From Collinsella sp. (lineage in GTDB: Bacteria; Actinomycetota; Coriobacteriia; Coriobacteriales; Coriobacteriaceae): a stretch of 64,000 nt of DNA. Position 1 is the stretch's first letter; the number at the start of each line of letters is the position of its first letter. The position numbers were made by a program, and so were the translations under genes. Shown piece after piece: positions 49,739 through 59,419 of the stretch. Location of the stretch: assembly GCA_048434495.1 (NCBI GenBank), contig DBGAQS010000008.1, forward strand, positions 68,836 through 132,835. Reading direction: 5' to 3'. Under the pieces are notes generated by a model, which was given only the letters and a program-made list of their open reading frames with translations, made no database searches and was not told where the DNA came from.

Positions 49739-49893
49739 CCCCAGAGTCACCCAAGGCAGCAGGCGCGCAGCGCCGCAGCTGCCGCACGACCCCAAAGTCC
49801 CCGCAGGCAGCAGGCGCAACGCGCCGCAGCTGCCGGCCGCGCCCCACAGTCCCAAAAGGCGGCAGGCGCAAAGCGCCGAGGCCGCCGCCGGGA
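49739..49893. repeat. Three tandem ~51-bp GC-rich hairpin units
   Basis: ccca.agtc...ggc(a/g)gcaggcgc..gcgccg..g(c)(t/c)gcc repeated near 49739, 49790 and 49842. Confidence 0.7.
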
Positions 49894-49987
49894 CCAGGGC
49901 CCGCAACAGCCACGCGTCCCCACATCAGCCCAGCGGCCTCAACCAACAACGGCCCCATCGCAGGCCGCTTGCAGCAGCGTCACCGCA

Positions 49988-50117
49988 GACGGGGGCCGGG
50001 CTCAGTTTTCAGAACACTCCGCAGACCAGTGTGGCGCCTTGTCCGCGGCTCCGAAGGAGCAGGACAAGGCGCCACACATGGTCGAGGACGTTCTGAAAAC
50101 TGAGCCCGGCCCCCGCC
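49988..50117 (-). repeat. Long-hairpin element, CGTCCTCG...CTGCGG family (copy 2, divergent)
   Basis: Minus-strand core cgtcctcgaccat / ggtctgcggag, closed by a ~28-bp stem. Confidence 0.8.
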
Positions 50118-50129
50118 GGACAGGTCACA

Positions 50130-51155
50130 CTACTCGCAGAGCAGCTTAGCGATCTGGACGGCGTTGGTTGCCGCGCCCTTACGGATTTGGTCACCGCAGC
50201 ACCAGAAGGTAATGCCACGCGCGGCCTCCGGGTTCGAGATGTCGCGGCGCACGCGACCGACCCAAATCAGGTCCTGATCGGACGTATCCATCGGCATGGG
50301 GAAGCGGTCGTGCGCATCCTCGGCGCTCATGTCGTCAACCAGCTTCACGCCCGGAGCGGCAGCCAGCGCAGCACGGGCCTCTTCCACCGTGATGTCGCGC
50401 TCAAACTCGAGCGTAATGCTCTCGGAGTGCGAACGCAGCACGGGCACGCGCACGCAAGTGCAGTTCACGCGCAGCTCGGGCAGGTGCATGATCTTACGGC
50501 CCTCGTTCTGCAGCTTCATCTCCTCGGAGGTAAAGCCCTCCTCCTTGACGCCGCCAATCTGCGGAATCAGGTTGCTCGCCAGCTGGGCGGCGAAGACGCG
50601 CGACTCGGGAATCTCCTCGCCACGGCCCAGGGCGGCAAGCTGTGCTTCGAGCTCGGCCATACCGGGGGCACCGGCGCCCGAAGCTGCCTGATACGTGGAC
50701 ACGATCATACGCTTTACGCCGGCAAGCTGATGCAGCGGCCAGGTGGGAACCAGGCCGATAATGGTCGCGCAGTTGGGGTTGGCGATAAGGCCGTGATGCC
50801 ACTTGATGTCGTCGGCATTGATCTCGGGCACAACCAGCGGCACCTCGGGATCCATGCGGAAGGCGTGGCTGTTGTCGACCACGACGGCGCCGCGCTTGAC
50901 GGCCTCGGGCAGCAGCTCCTTCGCGATATCGTCGCCGGCGGCGCCGAGTACGATGTCGCAGCCCTCAAAGGCCTCGGGGCAAGCCTCTTCGATCACAACC
51001 TGCTCGCCGCGGAACTCAACGGTCTTGCCCGCAGAGCGCGCGCTCGCCAGCAGCTTGAGCTTACCGACCGGAAACTCCTGCTCGTTGAGGCACTCGAGCA
51101 TCTGGGTGCCCACGGCTCCCGTCGCGCCCAAAATAGCAACCGTGTACTGTTTCAT
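50130..51155 (-). CDS. asd: Aspartate-semialdehyde dehydrogenase
   Basis: GATGAVG, ANPNCAT, STYQAASGAG, TCVRVPV and DQIRKGAATNAVQIA. Confidence 0.96.
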   Translation of the reverse strand: MKQYTVAILGATGAVGTQMLECLNEQEFPVGKLKLLASARSAGKTVEFRGEQVVIEEACPEAFEGCDIVLGAAGDDIAKELLPEAVKRGAVVVDNSHAFRMDPEVPLVVPEINADDIKWHHGLIANPNCATIIGLVPTWPLHQLAGVKRMIVSTYQAASGAGAPGMAELEAQLAALGRGEEIPESRVFAAQLASNLIPQIGGVKEEGFTSEEMKLQNEGRKIMHLPELRVNCTCVRVPVLRSHSESITLEFERDITVEEARAALAAAPGVKLVDDMSAEDAHDRFPMPMDTSDQDLIWVGRVRRDISNPEAARGITFWCCGDQIRKGAATNAVQIAKLLCE

Positions 51156-51328
51156 GCTTCTCCCTTTAAAGGTTGTGGCTATCGCCCGCACGCCGAGCAG
51201 GCCGATTATTGTTGCCAGTTTATACAAGAACAGGGCGGGCACGAAACCCGCCCCGTCGAAACGAAACCGAAACGAAACGCCCCGCCGTAGATTTTTGAGA
51301 CATGACCTAAAAATCTACCGAACAGTCG

Positions 51329-52717
51329 CTACTTTTTGAGCGCGGCCAGAGCGGGATCGACCGGCGCAGGAGCCTCCAGGTCAGAGACCTTCACAATGCC
51401 GTTTTCGTCGGAGAAGGCACGGTAAATGGTCTGAATCGCCAGGTCGAAGTCCTTCTCCTCGACACCGATAATGATGTTGATCTCGTCGCAGCTCTGCGAA
51501 ATCATGCGCACGCTCACGCCGGCCTGGCCGAGCATACCAAACAGGTGGCCCGAGATGCCTGCACGACCGCGCAGGTTACGGCCGACGGTCGCGATGAGCG
51601 CCAAGCCCTCGACAACCTCGATCTCGAGCGGCTCGACCTCCTGCTGGATGTCGCCCACAAGTGAGTACAGCGAATCGTGCACATCCTGCTCCTGCACCAC
51701 GGCGCCAAAGCGGTCGACACCAGTGGGCATGTGCTCGACGGAAACGTCATAGCGCTCGAACACCGAAAGTGCGCGGCGCATAAAGCCAACGCGGGGCTTG
51801 GTGCGGTCGCGGGCAACGTTGATGGCGACAAAGCCGCGCTTGCCGGTCACGCCGGTAATGATGGGCTCCGCCTCGCCCTCATCAGCCGTCTCGCTAATGA
51901 TGGTACCGGGGTCCTGCGGCGCATTGGTGTTCTTGATGACCAGCGGAATACCCGCCTCGCGCACGGGGAACACGGCCTCCTCGTGCAGGACGCTTGCGCC
52001 CATGTACGAAAGCTCGCGCAGCTCCTCGTAGGTAACGCGGGCGATGGGCTGAGCCTCGGGCACGATGCGCGGATCGGCAGAGTAGAAACCCGAGACGTCG
52101 GTCCAGTTCTCGTACAGATCGGCACCCAGGCACTTGGCCAGGATCGAGCCGGAAATATCGCCGCCGCCACGATCGAGCAGCTTAATCTGGCCCTCACGCG
52201 TCGCGCCGTAGAAGCCAGGCATAACAAAGCCGCCCTGCTGACCGTACTCCTGCACCAGCTCGGAGGTGCGATTCATGCTGAGCGTACCGTCGTGATGGAA
52301 CGCTACAACCGTCGCGGCGTCCAGGAACGGTAGGCCCAGGTACTCAGCCATAAGGCGAGCGGTGAAGTACTCGCCGCGGCTCACGAGCTCCTCGGTGGAG
52401 TAACCGCCCGAGCGGGCGCGCTCGGCAAAAGCTGCGAACTCCTCACGGATGGGATAGGTGAGCTCCAGCTCGTCGGCAATATCAAAGTAGCGCTGGCCGA
52501 TGTCCTCGAGCAGCTCCTCGCACGACACGTGGTACTTAACGTGCGCGTTAACCAGGTAGAGCAGGTCGGTCACCTTGGTGTCGCCCTTAAAGCGGCGACC
52601 GCAGGCGGAAACCACCACAAAACGGCGAGCCGGGTCGGCATCGACGATGGCCTTGATCTTCTTAAAGTGTTCGGCGTCGGCGACCGACGAGCCGCCAAAC
52701 TTGGCAATCTTAATCAT
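51329..52717 (-). CDS. Aspartate kinase
   Basis: KFGGSS, VVVSA, RGGGDISG, WTDVSG and ELSYMGASVLH; C-terminal ACT domains. Confidence 0.93.
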   Translation of the reverse strand: MIKIAKFGGSSVADAEHFKKIKAIVDADPARRFVVVSACGRRFKGDTKVTDLLYLVNAHVKYHVSCEELLEDIGQRYFDIADELELTYPIREEFAAFAERARSGGYSTEELVSRGEYFTARLMAEYLGLPFLDAATVVAFHHDGTLSMNRTSELVQEYGQQGGFVMPGFYGATREGQIKLLDRGGGDISGSILAKCLGADLYENWTDVSGFYSADPRIVPEAQPIARVTYEELRELSYMGASVLHEEAVFPVREAGIPLVIKNTNAPQDPGTIISETADEGEAEPIITGVTGKRGFVAINVARDRTKPRVGFMRRALSVFERYDVSVEHMPTGVDRFGAVVQEQDVHDSLYSLVGDIQQEVEPLEIEVVEGLALIATVGRNLRGRAGISGHLFGMLGQAGVSVRMISQSCDEINIIIGVEEKDFDLAIQTIYRAFSDENGIVKVSDLEAPAPVDPALAALKK

Positions 52718-52821
52718 GGGCTGGAGGTTACCTTTCTAAAAAGCCTCTGCGAACCTATTTTGCGCGCTCTGATACCATGGTTTCACCGATTGGGACCAAG
52801 GCATCCGAGGAGCAGTGTTAT

Positions 52822-54339
52822 ATGGGAACTTATCATAGTACACGAGGACGCACTTTATCGTGCTCAAGTAAGGTGGCAATCCGTACCGGCATCGCTCCCG
52901 ACGGGGGTTTGTTTGTCTCGGACGAGCTCGGCACCCAGCAGGTCGATATCAGCTCGCTTGCAGATAAATCGTACTTTGAAATCGCTCAAGATGTGTTGGG
53001 AATGTTACTGAATGATTACACGGCCGAAGAAATTTCGGCGTGTGTCGACGAGGCATACCGCGGTACGTTCGCGAGTGAAGAGGTTACGCCGCTCGTTAAA
53101 CTCGACGCTGCGCCGGGCGCTGACGCCCCTCAGACCTATGTGATGGAGCTCTTTGGCGGCCCCACGAGTGCCTTTAAGGACGTCGCCCTGCAGATGCTCC
53201 CCCGCCTGATGGCCCGCACTTCCGCCAAGGACGGCGGCGCCGAGCGCATCATGATCGTCACCGCCACGTCGGGCGACACCGGCAAGGCCGCACTCGCCGG
53301 TTTTGCCGACGCTCCGGGCACGGGTATTACCGTCTTTTATCCCGAAGGCAAAGTCAGCCGCGTCCAGAACCTGCAGATGTCCACGCAAGAGGGCGACAAC
53401 GTCGCCGTCTGCGGCATCCGCGGCAACTTCGATGATGCCCAGAGCGCCGTCAAGCGCATCTTTGCCGATAAGGAGCTTGCCGAGCGTCTTGAGGCCGCCG
53501 GCACGGTGCTTTCGAGCGCCAACTCTATCAATGTCGGCCGTCTGGTACCGCAGGTCGTCTACTACTTTGCCGCCTATGCGCAGCTGCTGCGCGCCGGCGC
53601 TATCGAGGCTGGCGACGCCGTAGAGTTCTGTGTGCCCACCGGCAACTTTGGCGATATCTTGGCCGGCTACTACGCCAAGCGCATGGGCCTGCCCGTCGCC
53701 AAGCTCATCGTCGCGAGCGACAAGAACAACGTGCTTGCCGACTTCCTGACCACCGGCGTCTACGACCGTAACCGCCCGTTCTTCACGACCATCTCGCCGT
53801 CGATGGACATCCTCATCAGCTCTAACCTGGAGCGCATGCTGTACTTCCTGTCCGATGGCGACTGCGAACTCGTTGCCGGCCTTATGGAGCAGTTGGCACA
53901 GACCGGTCGCTACGAGGTACCCGCCGAGCTGCTGGCCAAGATTCAGAGCGTCTTTGGCTGCGGCTGGGCCAGCGAGGACGAGGTCCGCGCTGCCATCAAG
54001 AGTTGCTGGGACGCCAACGGCTACGTGATCGACCCGCACACCGCTTGCAGCTATCACGTCTTTGAAAAGGTCGCTCCCGCCGAGGGCGCCAAGGCTCGCG
54101 TGCTGCTTTCGACCGCCAGCCCCTACAAGTTCCCGCGCGCCTGCTGCGACGCCCTGGGCCTCGACGTTCCCGAGGATGATTTTGAGGCTATGCGTGTACT
54201 CGAGCAGGCCACCAACACGGTCGCCCCGGTCCAACTCGCCGAGCTTGAGTCCAAGCCTGTCCGCTTCGAAGACGTCTGCGACGTAGCCGACATGGCCAAC
54301 TACGTCGAGTCTGCAGCAAAAAAGATGACTACCAACTAA
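52822..54339 (+). CDS. thrC: Threonine synthase
   Basis: YHSTRG, APDGGL, PTSAFKD, ATSGDTG, NSINVGR and VPTGNFGD. Confidence 0.95.
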   Translation: MGTYHSTRGRTLSCSSKVAIRTGIAPDGGLFVSDELGTQQVDISSLADKSYFEIAQDVLGMLLNDYTAEEISACVDEAYRGTFASEEVTPLVKLDAAPGADAPQTYVMELFGGPTSAFKDVALQMLPRLMARTSAKDGGAERIMIVTATSGDTGKAALAGFADAPGTGITVFYPEGKVSRVQNLQMSTQEGDNVAVCGIRGNFDDAQSAVKRIFADKELAERLEAAGTVLSSANSINVGRLVPQVVYYFAAYAQLLRAGAIEAGDAVEFCVPTGNFGDILAGYYAKRMGLPVAKLIVASDKNNVLADFLTTGVYDRNRPFFTTISPSMDILISSNLERMLYFLSDGDCELVAGLMEQLAQTGRYEVPAELLAKIQSVFGCGWASEDEVRAAIKSCWDANGYVIDPHTACSYHVFEKVAPAEGAKARVLLSTASPYKFPRACCDALGLDVPEDDFEAMRVLEQATNTVAPVQLAELESKPVRFEDVCDVADMANYVESAAKKMTTN

Positions 54340-54349
54340 AACCCCTTAT

Positions 54350-54385
54350 AAGGCGCCGGCGAAAGCCGGCGCACCTTCTTTTTAT
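54350..54385 (+). terminator. Intrinsic terminator after thrC
   Basis: aaggcgccggc-gaaa-gccggcgcacctt + U tract. Confidence 0.75.
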
Positions 54386-54413
54386 TTAGCTTTCGGGATA
54401 ATGACGAGCATGC

Positions 54414-54529
54414 GAGCGGGTCTGGCCGTTTAGTTCGTCGCGAGTTCCGCACGAGCCGGAAAGCACTTAATGTGCTTTCCGAGCGAGCCAGGACTGCCCG
54501 AGCAGCGAACTAAACGGCCAGACCCGCCC
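54414..54529. repeat. Long hairpin directly before the thrB RBS
   Basis: gcgggtctggccgtttagttcg / cgaactaaacggccagacccgc 22-bp stem; apical ggaaagcac/gtgctttcc. Confidence 0.75.
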
Positions 54530-54541
54530 AGGAGGACTCAC

Positions 54542-55423
54542 ATGATCAAGATCACCGTCCCAGCAACAAGCGCCAACTTGGGCATCGGCTACGACACCCT
54601 CGGCATGGCCGTCAGCCTCTACTCGCACTTTACCTTTGAGCGCGCCGATAAACTCACCATCACGGGCTGCCCCGAAGAGTTCCAAAACGAGGACAACCTG
54701 GTCTACGTAAGCTTTGTCGATGCACTGGCCGCATGGGGCGAGCCGGCTTTTCCTGTTGCCATCGACATTCAGACTGACGTTCCCGTCGCCCGCGGCCTGG
54801 GCTCCAGCTCCACCTGCGTCGTCGCCGGCATTATGGCCGCCGCCGCACTGACAGGCCACACCGTCGACCGCGCCGAGCTCGTCCGCATTGCCACCGAAGT
54901 CGAGGGCCATCCCGATAACGTCGCCCCCGCCATCCTGGGCGGCGCCGTCTGCTCCTTTACGCCGACCGACTCGCTGCCCCAGTGCCTACGCTACGAGGTG
55001 AGCGACAAACTGCGTTTTATTACCGTGATTCCGCCCTATGAGGTGCACACGAGCGAGGCACGCAAGGTCGTGCCGCAGGAGATTCCGCTCTCCACCGCCG
55101 TGTGGCAGATGGGCCGCATCGCCGGCATGACGCGCGGCCTGGAGACCGGCGACCTAGACCTGATTGCCGCTGCCAACGACGACCGCATTCAGGAACCCTA
55201 TCGTCGCCGCCTGATCCCCGACTACAACGCCGTGCGCGACACCTGCCTCAACGGCGGCGCCAAGACCATCTGGATCAGCGGCTCCGGCTCGACCCTCATG
55301 GCCGTGACCGACGACACCATCGTCGCAAAGTTCCTGCAGGTCAAGCTGCGCGAGCAGTTCCCTAAGTGCGATACGCATATCCTGACGTGCGACACCGAGG
55401 GCGCCCAGATCGAATACCTGTAG
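54542..55423 (+). CDS. thrB: Homoserine kinase
   Basis: PATSANLGIGYD, PVARGLGSSS, EGHPDN and ISGSGST. Confidence 0.95.
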   Translation: MIKITVPATSANLGIGYDTLGMAVSLYSHFTFERADKLTITGCPEEFQNEDNLVYVSFVDALAAWGEPAFPVAIDIQTDVPVARGLGSSSTCVVAGIMAAAALTGHTVDRAELVRIATEVEGHPDNVAPAILGGAVCSFTPTDSLPQCLRYEVSDKLRFITVIPPYEVHTSEARKVVPQEIPLSTAVWQMGRIAGMTRGLETGDLDLIAAANDDRIQEPYRRRLIPDYNAVRDTCLNGGAKTIWISGSGSTLMAVTDDTIVAKFLQVKLREQFPKCDTHILTCDTEGAQIEYL

Positions 55424-55444
55424 CCGCCGCACCGTATACCCACC

Positions 55445-55569
55445 GGGGAGGCCAGGGGTTTTGCCCCCAAATCGTCCTCGGACATGGCAGGACCCCCGCT
55501 GCGCACTTCGTGCGGCGGGGGTCCTGCCGTCCTGCGGAAAGATTTGGGGGCAAAACCCCTGGCCTCCCC
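55445..55569 (+). repeat. Long-hairpin element, CGTCCTCG...CTGCGG family (copy 3)
   Basis: Approximately 29-bp basal stem and the same core as copy 1. Confidence 0.85.
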
Positions 55570-55727
55570 TACGTTAACTTCGCTGACGGCGGCTACGGGG
55601 ACCTACGCTCTGGATAGTCGCCGGGCTAATAGTTTGGCTTCTTTTTGGAAGGGGCGTACTTCCCAACATCTTATTCGCCCTATAGCTCTGTTCTAATTTC
55701 TAATTGACAATCGATGCGTGGCATTAT

Positions 55728-55970
55728 CTATTTATCTTCACTACTCAAAACAGCCCCAAGTTTATGCACTAGCGTCTCTACAGTAATTCCGAGTGCTCCC
55801 GCATAGGCAAACTGTTCATAAACCCTAAGGCTGCGTTCCCCGGTCTCGACTTTTGAGATGAACGACTGAGGTACCCCCAGCTTCTTTGCGAGTTCAACCT
55901 GAGTGATACCTTGCTCCCGACGAATCTGGGAAAGGCATTTTCCGCATGTCCTGTTAGCATCAACGTTCAT
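55728..55970 (-). CDS. XRE-family HTH regulator
   Basis: IRREQGITQVELAKKLGVPQSFISKVETGER; start uncertain (55970 or 56006). Confidence 0.85.
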   Translation of the reverse strand: MNVDANRTCGKCLSQIRREQGITQVELAKKLGVPQSFISKVETGERSLRVYEQFAYAGALGITVETLVHKLGAVLSSEDK

Positions 55971-56091
55971 GCCGCTTACGGTATATTCCATTTTGTTATA
56001 TCCCAAACTGGGATATATTTATGTCACCAGCCATTCCGCTTATCAAAAATGCCCATCGCAGATTCATGGCTAGGAAGGAGCCTCGATAAAC

Positions 56092-57105
56092 ATGAATGAC
56101 GAGATGAAGGAGCCCGACGAGGAAAAGGCGCTCAGCGAGTCCGACGAGCGGAAGCCAGATTTCAAAGCTGAGCAGTTTTCTGATGGTGCTAGCGACACCC
56201 CCACCTCTGAAATTCCGCCATCAAACGAAGATGACGGCACACGCAAAAAAGAAGAAAACGACTCGCTTCTAACGCAGGCCATTCATAAATTCGGCAGTAA
56301 AAAACGCGCGGTCATCGCAGCCGCTGTGGCAGCTGTCATCATCTTCAGTTTGCCCATGCTGTTTCCTCAATTGTTTTGTAGCCACAAACTATGGGCCAAT
56401 GCGACCTGCACTAGGCCTCGTGTATGCAAAAGTTGTGGCAAGACCGAGGGAGAACCTCTCGGGCACAAATGGGAAGAAGCAACTTGTACGACGTCGAAGA
56501 CCTGCCAGCGTTGCGGCGAAACGAAAGGCAAGCCACTCGGACACCAACCGGGCTCGTGGACCAAAGAAGTCGACTACGTAGATGCCACTTCGAAGGAGAT
56601 ACAAGAGTGCGACAGATGCGGTGAGATCGTTGACACCCGCAACGAAAAGGAAATCACATCCTTTTTAGGCGACGGAATGTTTTCAATTTCACCTAAAGGC
56701 TTTATTGAACGACTTAACGAGGAATTCTCAGATCTCCCCAATTGCAGCAGCATGAAGGCGAGTTACGAGCTAGACAATAGTGGCATAGGGCTCGAACTTC
56801 AGATCAAAAACGGCTCAAAGATTGCCGGTATTGGAGGCTTCTACTCGGACTCGAGCAGCCAACTACTATTCAGCTATCTTGGATCCGAAAACTGCTTTAA
56901 TAACATAGTCATGTACTTCGAAAGCTCCGACTATGCCGCGGCGACAGCATTAGCAACCATACAAGCGATCGATCCAACACTTTCGTTTTCAGACGCTAAG
57001 GAAATTGGTGCCGCCTGCGTAGATTCGCCAACTGTCAAAAATGGAATTACGTACGCAATCGTAGCTTCGGATGGAGAGTACTGGCTGAGCGCCCGAATTG
57101 AATAG
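56092..57105 (+). CDS. Single-TM membrane protein with Cys/His repeats
   Basis: Acidic N-terminus, TM helix, repeats H.W..ATCT....C..CG.T.G.PLG; AAGGAG RBS. Confidence 0.75.
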   Translation: MNDEMKEPDEEKALSESDERKPDFKAEQFSDGASDTPTSEIPPSNEDDGTRKKEENDSLLTQAIHKFGSKKRAVIAAAVAAVIIFSLPMLFPQLFCSHKLWANATCTRPRVCKSCGKTEGEPLGHKWEEATCTTSKTCQRCGETKGKPLGHQPGSWTKEVDYVDATSKEIQECDRCGEIVDTRNEKEITSFLGDGMFSISPKGFIERLNEEFSDLPNCSSMKASYELDNSGIGLELQIKNGSKIAGIGGFYSDSSSQLLFSYLGSENCFNNIVMYFESSDYAAATALATIQAIDPTLSFSDAKEIGAACVDSPTVKNGITYAIVASDGEYWLSARIE

Positions 57106-57341
57106 TTTCTCTTAATCGCCAAATGCTGACGCCTCTTACTCGCGGCACTTTTTGTTCAATCCCTGCTAGCATCGTCAATCGAAAAATGCCCCGCCGAGCA
57201 CTTTAGCTTGGCGGGGCATCTCAATACGTAAGCGGATTTAGATGTCTACAAGGCCTGCACGCCCCAACAAGACAGCCGGCTTCACTGCTCAAGGTGCTCT
57301 TGGTGAACCGCAACTTGAGCAATCGGCGGTTAGAATCCCCT

Positions 57342-58040
57342 TTAGGCGGCGTTGGGTTCTTTGTATTCGAAGGCTGGCTCTAGGAGGTCTTCGATGTTGC
57401 AGTGTAGGGCTTTTGCCATATCCCTTACGGTTGTTACCGAGGCGTCGTTGATGTTTCGCTGGCGTTGCTCGTACATTTGGATTGATCGGAGCGATACACC
57501 CGATTCGTAAGCCAGGTCTTGTTGCGTTTTCTTGAGCCTCTTTCTTGCTTGCGAAAGTTTGGTTTGACGAGGCGCCTTCTTTGCCATATCGCAGACAAGG
57601 CGAGCCACACGCTCTTCCGATGCCTCGTGCCAGGGATAGTACAGGTTGCGCAGCGCATCAAACGGAACGACGTGCAGAAGATCTTCGAACGATTCTCCTA
57701 GGCGCCACTGCAAATATGCCAGTATCCAGCCCGTCCAGTATTCCGGCGTCTTCTCAAATCGGTAGGTTCGATCTGGCATCGACACTGCCTGGTAACCAGA
57801 TCTTTCGGCAATGAGTGCAAATAACTCGACGCCCGATTTTCCCGACACGACCCATGCGTTGCCGCGCTCAAACTCACGAGCCACGCCGCTCAGACAAAAG
57901 AGCTCGGCAACTTTTGACCCTTCCGCGCCATAATCGTTCACGGCATAGTCAAAGTAGTCACCGAGGTTGTTCATAGCGTCCTCAAGGTAATAGACGGGAT
58001 ATGTTCTACTCGGTCCACAATTCGTCAACTCTTGGATCAT
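57342..58040 (-). CDS. Protein with C-terminal XRE HTH, partner of the DUF3990-like gene
   Basis: YLEDAMNNLGDYFDYAV, PEYWTGWILAY and TQQDLAYESGVSLRSIQMYEQ. Confidence 0.8.
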   Translation of the reverse strand: MIQELTNCGPSRTYPVYYLEDAMNNLGDYFDYAVNDYGAEGSKVAELFCLSGVAREFERGNAWVVSGKSGVELFALIAERSGYQAVSMPDRTYRFEKTPEYWTGWILAYLQWRLGESFEDLLHVVPFDALRNLYYPWHEASEERVARLVCDMAKKAPRQTKLSQARKRLKKTQQDLAYESGVSLRSIQMYEQRQRNINDASVTTVRDMAKALHCNIEDLLEPAFEYKEPNAA

Positions 58041-58689
58041 CTAAATCAACCCTCCCTGTCATTAAATCCCTAATGTCGATACCTTCGGAATCGAACCCGT
58101 TAACCGTATCCAAGTATTTGCGTCGAGCATTCTGCTCTCGCTCAAAACGCTTGGGATAAAACTCAGACCCCAAAGCCTGCTTCCAATCGCAGAATCTAAT
58201 CGCCGAAAATGCGCACTCGCTCATAAGAGCATATTGGATACCCAAATCACCCAAGCGCATGATACGTTGCAGCTGCCTGAGCGAGATCATGCCGCTGACA
58301 AACTGTCTTGCAAACGAAAAATAGGAGTCGTCAGCTCGATAGCCCCGAATAACGTCATATGAAGAAATATCAATCAGACAGTTATCAAGTAGAAATCGAA
58401 GTCCTTCACGCGCCAGCGGCGTCGAAACATTGAACTCCCTGTTATCGGCCAAAATCGCAAGCCAGTTAAGGATTGAAAACTCCCCAGACTCCAAATCCAA
58501 AACCGAAAGGCCATCTAAATCAAGTTCATATCGATTTGCAATGCCATCCGACTCGGTCCGGCATGCCCATTCCATCGCCATTTTTTCATGTGGCGTGCAA
58601 TAAAACCCGCGCCCATAGTCATTGAATTGTCTGCATTTATCCAACGACGGATGCTCGACAACAACCTCCGACCCGTGCCAAAGCTCCAT
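58006..58689 (-). CDS. DUF3990-like protein
   Basis: LWHGS, NDYGRGFYCT, YDVIRGYRADDSYF and LGDLGIQY; GGAGG RBS. Confidence 0.75.
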   Translation of the reverse strand: MELWHGSEVVVEHPSLDKCRQFNDYGRGFYCTPHEKMAMEWACRTESDGIANRYELDLDGLSVLDLESGEFSILNWLAILADNREFNVSTPLAREGLRFLLDNCLIDISSYDVIRGYRADDSYFSFARQFVSGMISLRQLQRIMRLGDLGIQYALMSECAFSAIRFCDWKQALGSEFYPKRFEREQNARRKYLDTVNGFDSEGIDIRDLMTGRVDLDDPRVDELWTE

Positions 58690-58707
58690 ATCGACCTCCA
58701 AACAAAA

Positions 58708-58754
58708 ATATCACCCCAGTGATAGTTTACCAATAACTATCACTGGGGTGATAT
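58708..58754. promoter_or_regulatory. Double operator-like palindrome upstream of the DUF3990-HTH operon
   Basis: Perfect 20-bp inverted repeat; each arm contains TATCAC-N4-GTGATA. Confidence 0.65.
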
Positions 58755-58790
58755 AGATAAGCAGAAGTTGTTTGGCAGTGCGAACGCGTC

Positions 58791-59381
58791 CTAGAGGCAA
58801 GCCTCAGCAATCCGCTTCTTCAGCTCGTCGATGCCGGTGCCGGTTTGGGAGCTTGTGATGATTACGTTCTCGGCCGGGACGTTGAGCTGCTTTTTGATGG
58901 CTGATGCCTGGCGGGCCTGCTGGGTGCGGCTGAGCTTGTCGGCCTTGGTGAGGCAGACGATAAAGTTGAACTCGTTGCCCTGCAGGTAGTCAATCATGTC
59001 ATGGTCGAGCTTGCTCGGGTCGTGACGAATATCCACCAGCGACACGACCAGGTTAAAGCTGCGCTCCGAGTCGAAGAAGTCGCCGATAAGTTCTGCCCAG
59101 CGGTCACGCTCGGCCTTGGAACGACGGGCGAAGCCATAGCCCGGCAGGTCGACGAAGTGCACGTCGTCGGCCTCGAAGAAGTTGATGTTGCTCGTCTTGC
59201 CCGGTGTGCTCGAAACCTTCACCAGGTTCTTGCGGCCAAAGAGTTTGTTCATGATCGACGACTTGCCCACGTTGGAGCGGCCGACGAAGCTCACCTCGGG
59301 GCAGGTGGACTCGGGAATCTGCGAAACCTTGCCATAGCTGGCGACGAACTTGGCAAGCTGGTAGTTAATGGAATCGGCCAT
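58791..59381 (-). CDS. engB: Ribosome biogenesis GTPase YihA/YsxC
   Basis: GRSNVGKSS, STPGKT, DLPGYG and TKADK. Confidence 0.95.
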   Translation of the reverse strand: MADSINYQLAKFVASYGKVSQIPESTCPEVSFVGRSNVGKSSIMNKLFGRKNLVKVSSTPGKTSNINFFEADDVHFVDLPGYGFARRSKAERDRWAELIGDFFDSERSFNLVVSLVDIRHDPSKLDHDMIDYLQGNEFNFIVCLTKADKLSRTQQARQASAIKKQLNVPAENVIITSSQTGTGIDELKKRIAEACL

Positions 59382-59419
59382 GGACACTCCTTGGTCGTAG
59401 GTTCTTACAAAAGAGCGCG

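Noticed and set aside
50130..55423. Threonine cluster lacking homoserine dehydrogenase
   Set aside because: hom is often encoded elsewhere, so its absence from one window is uninformative.
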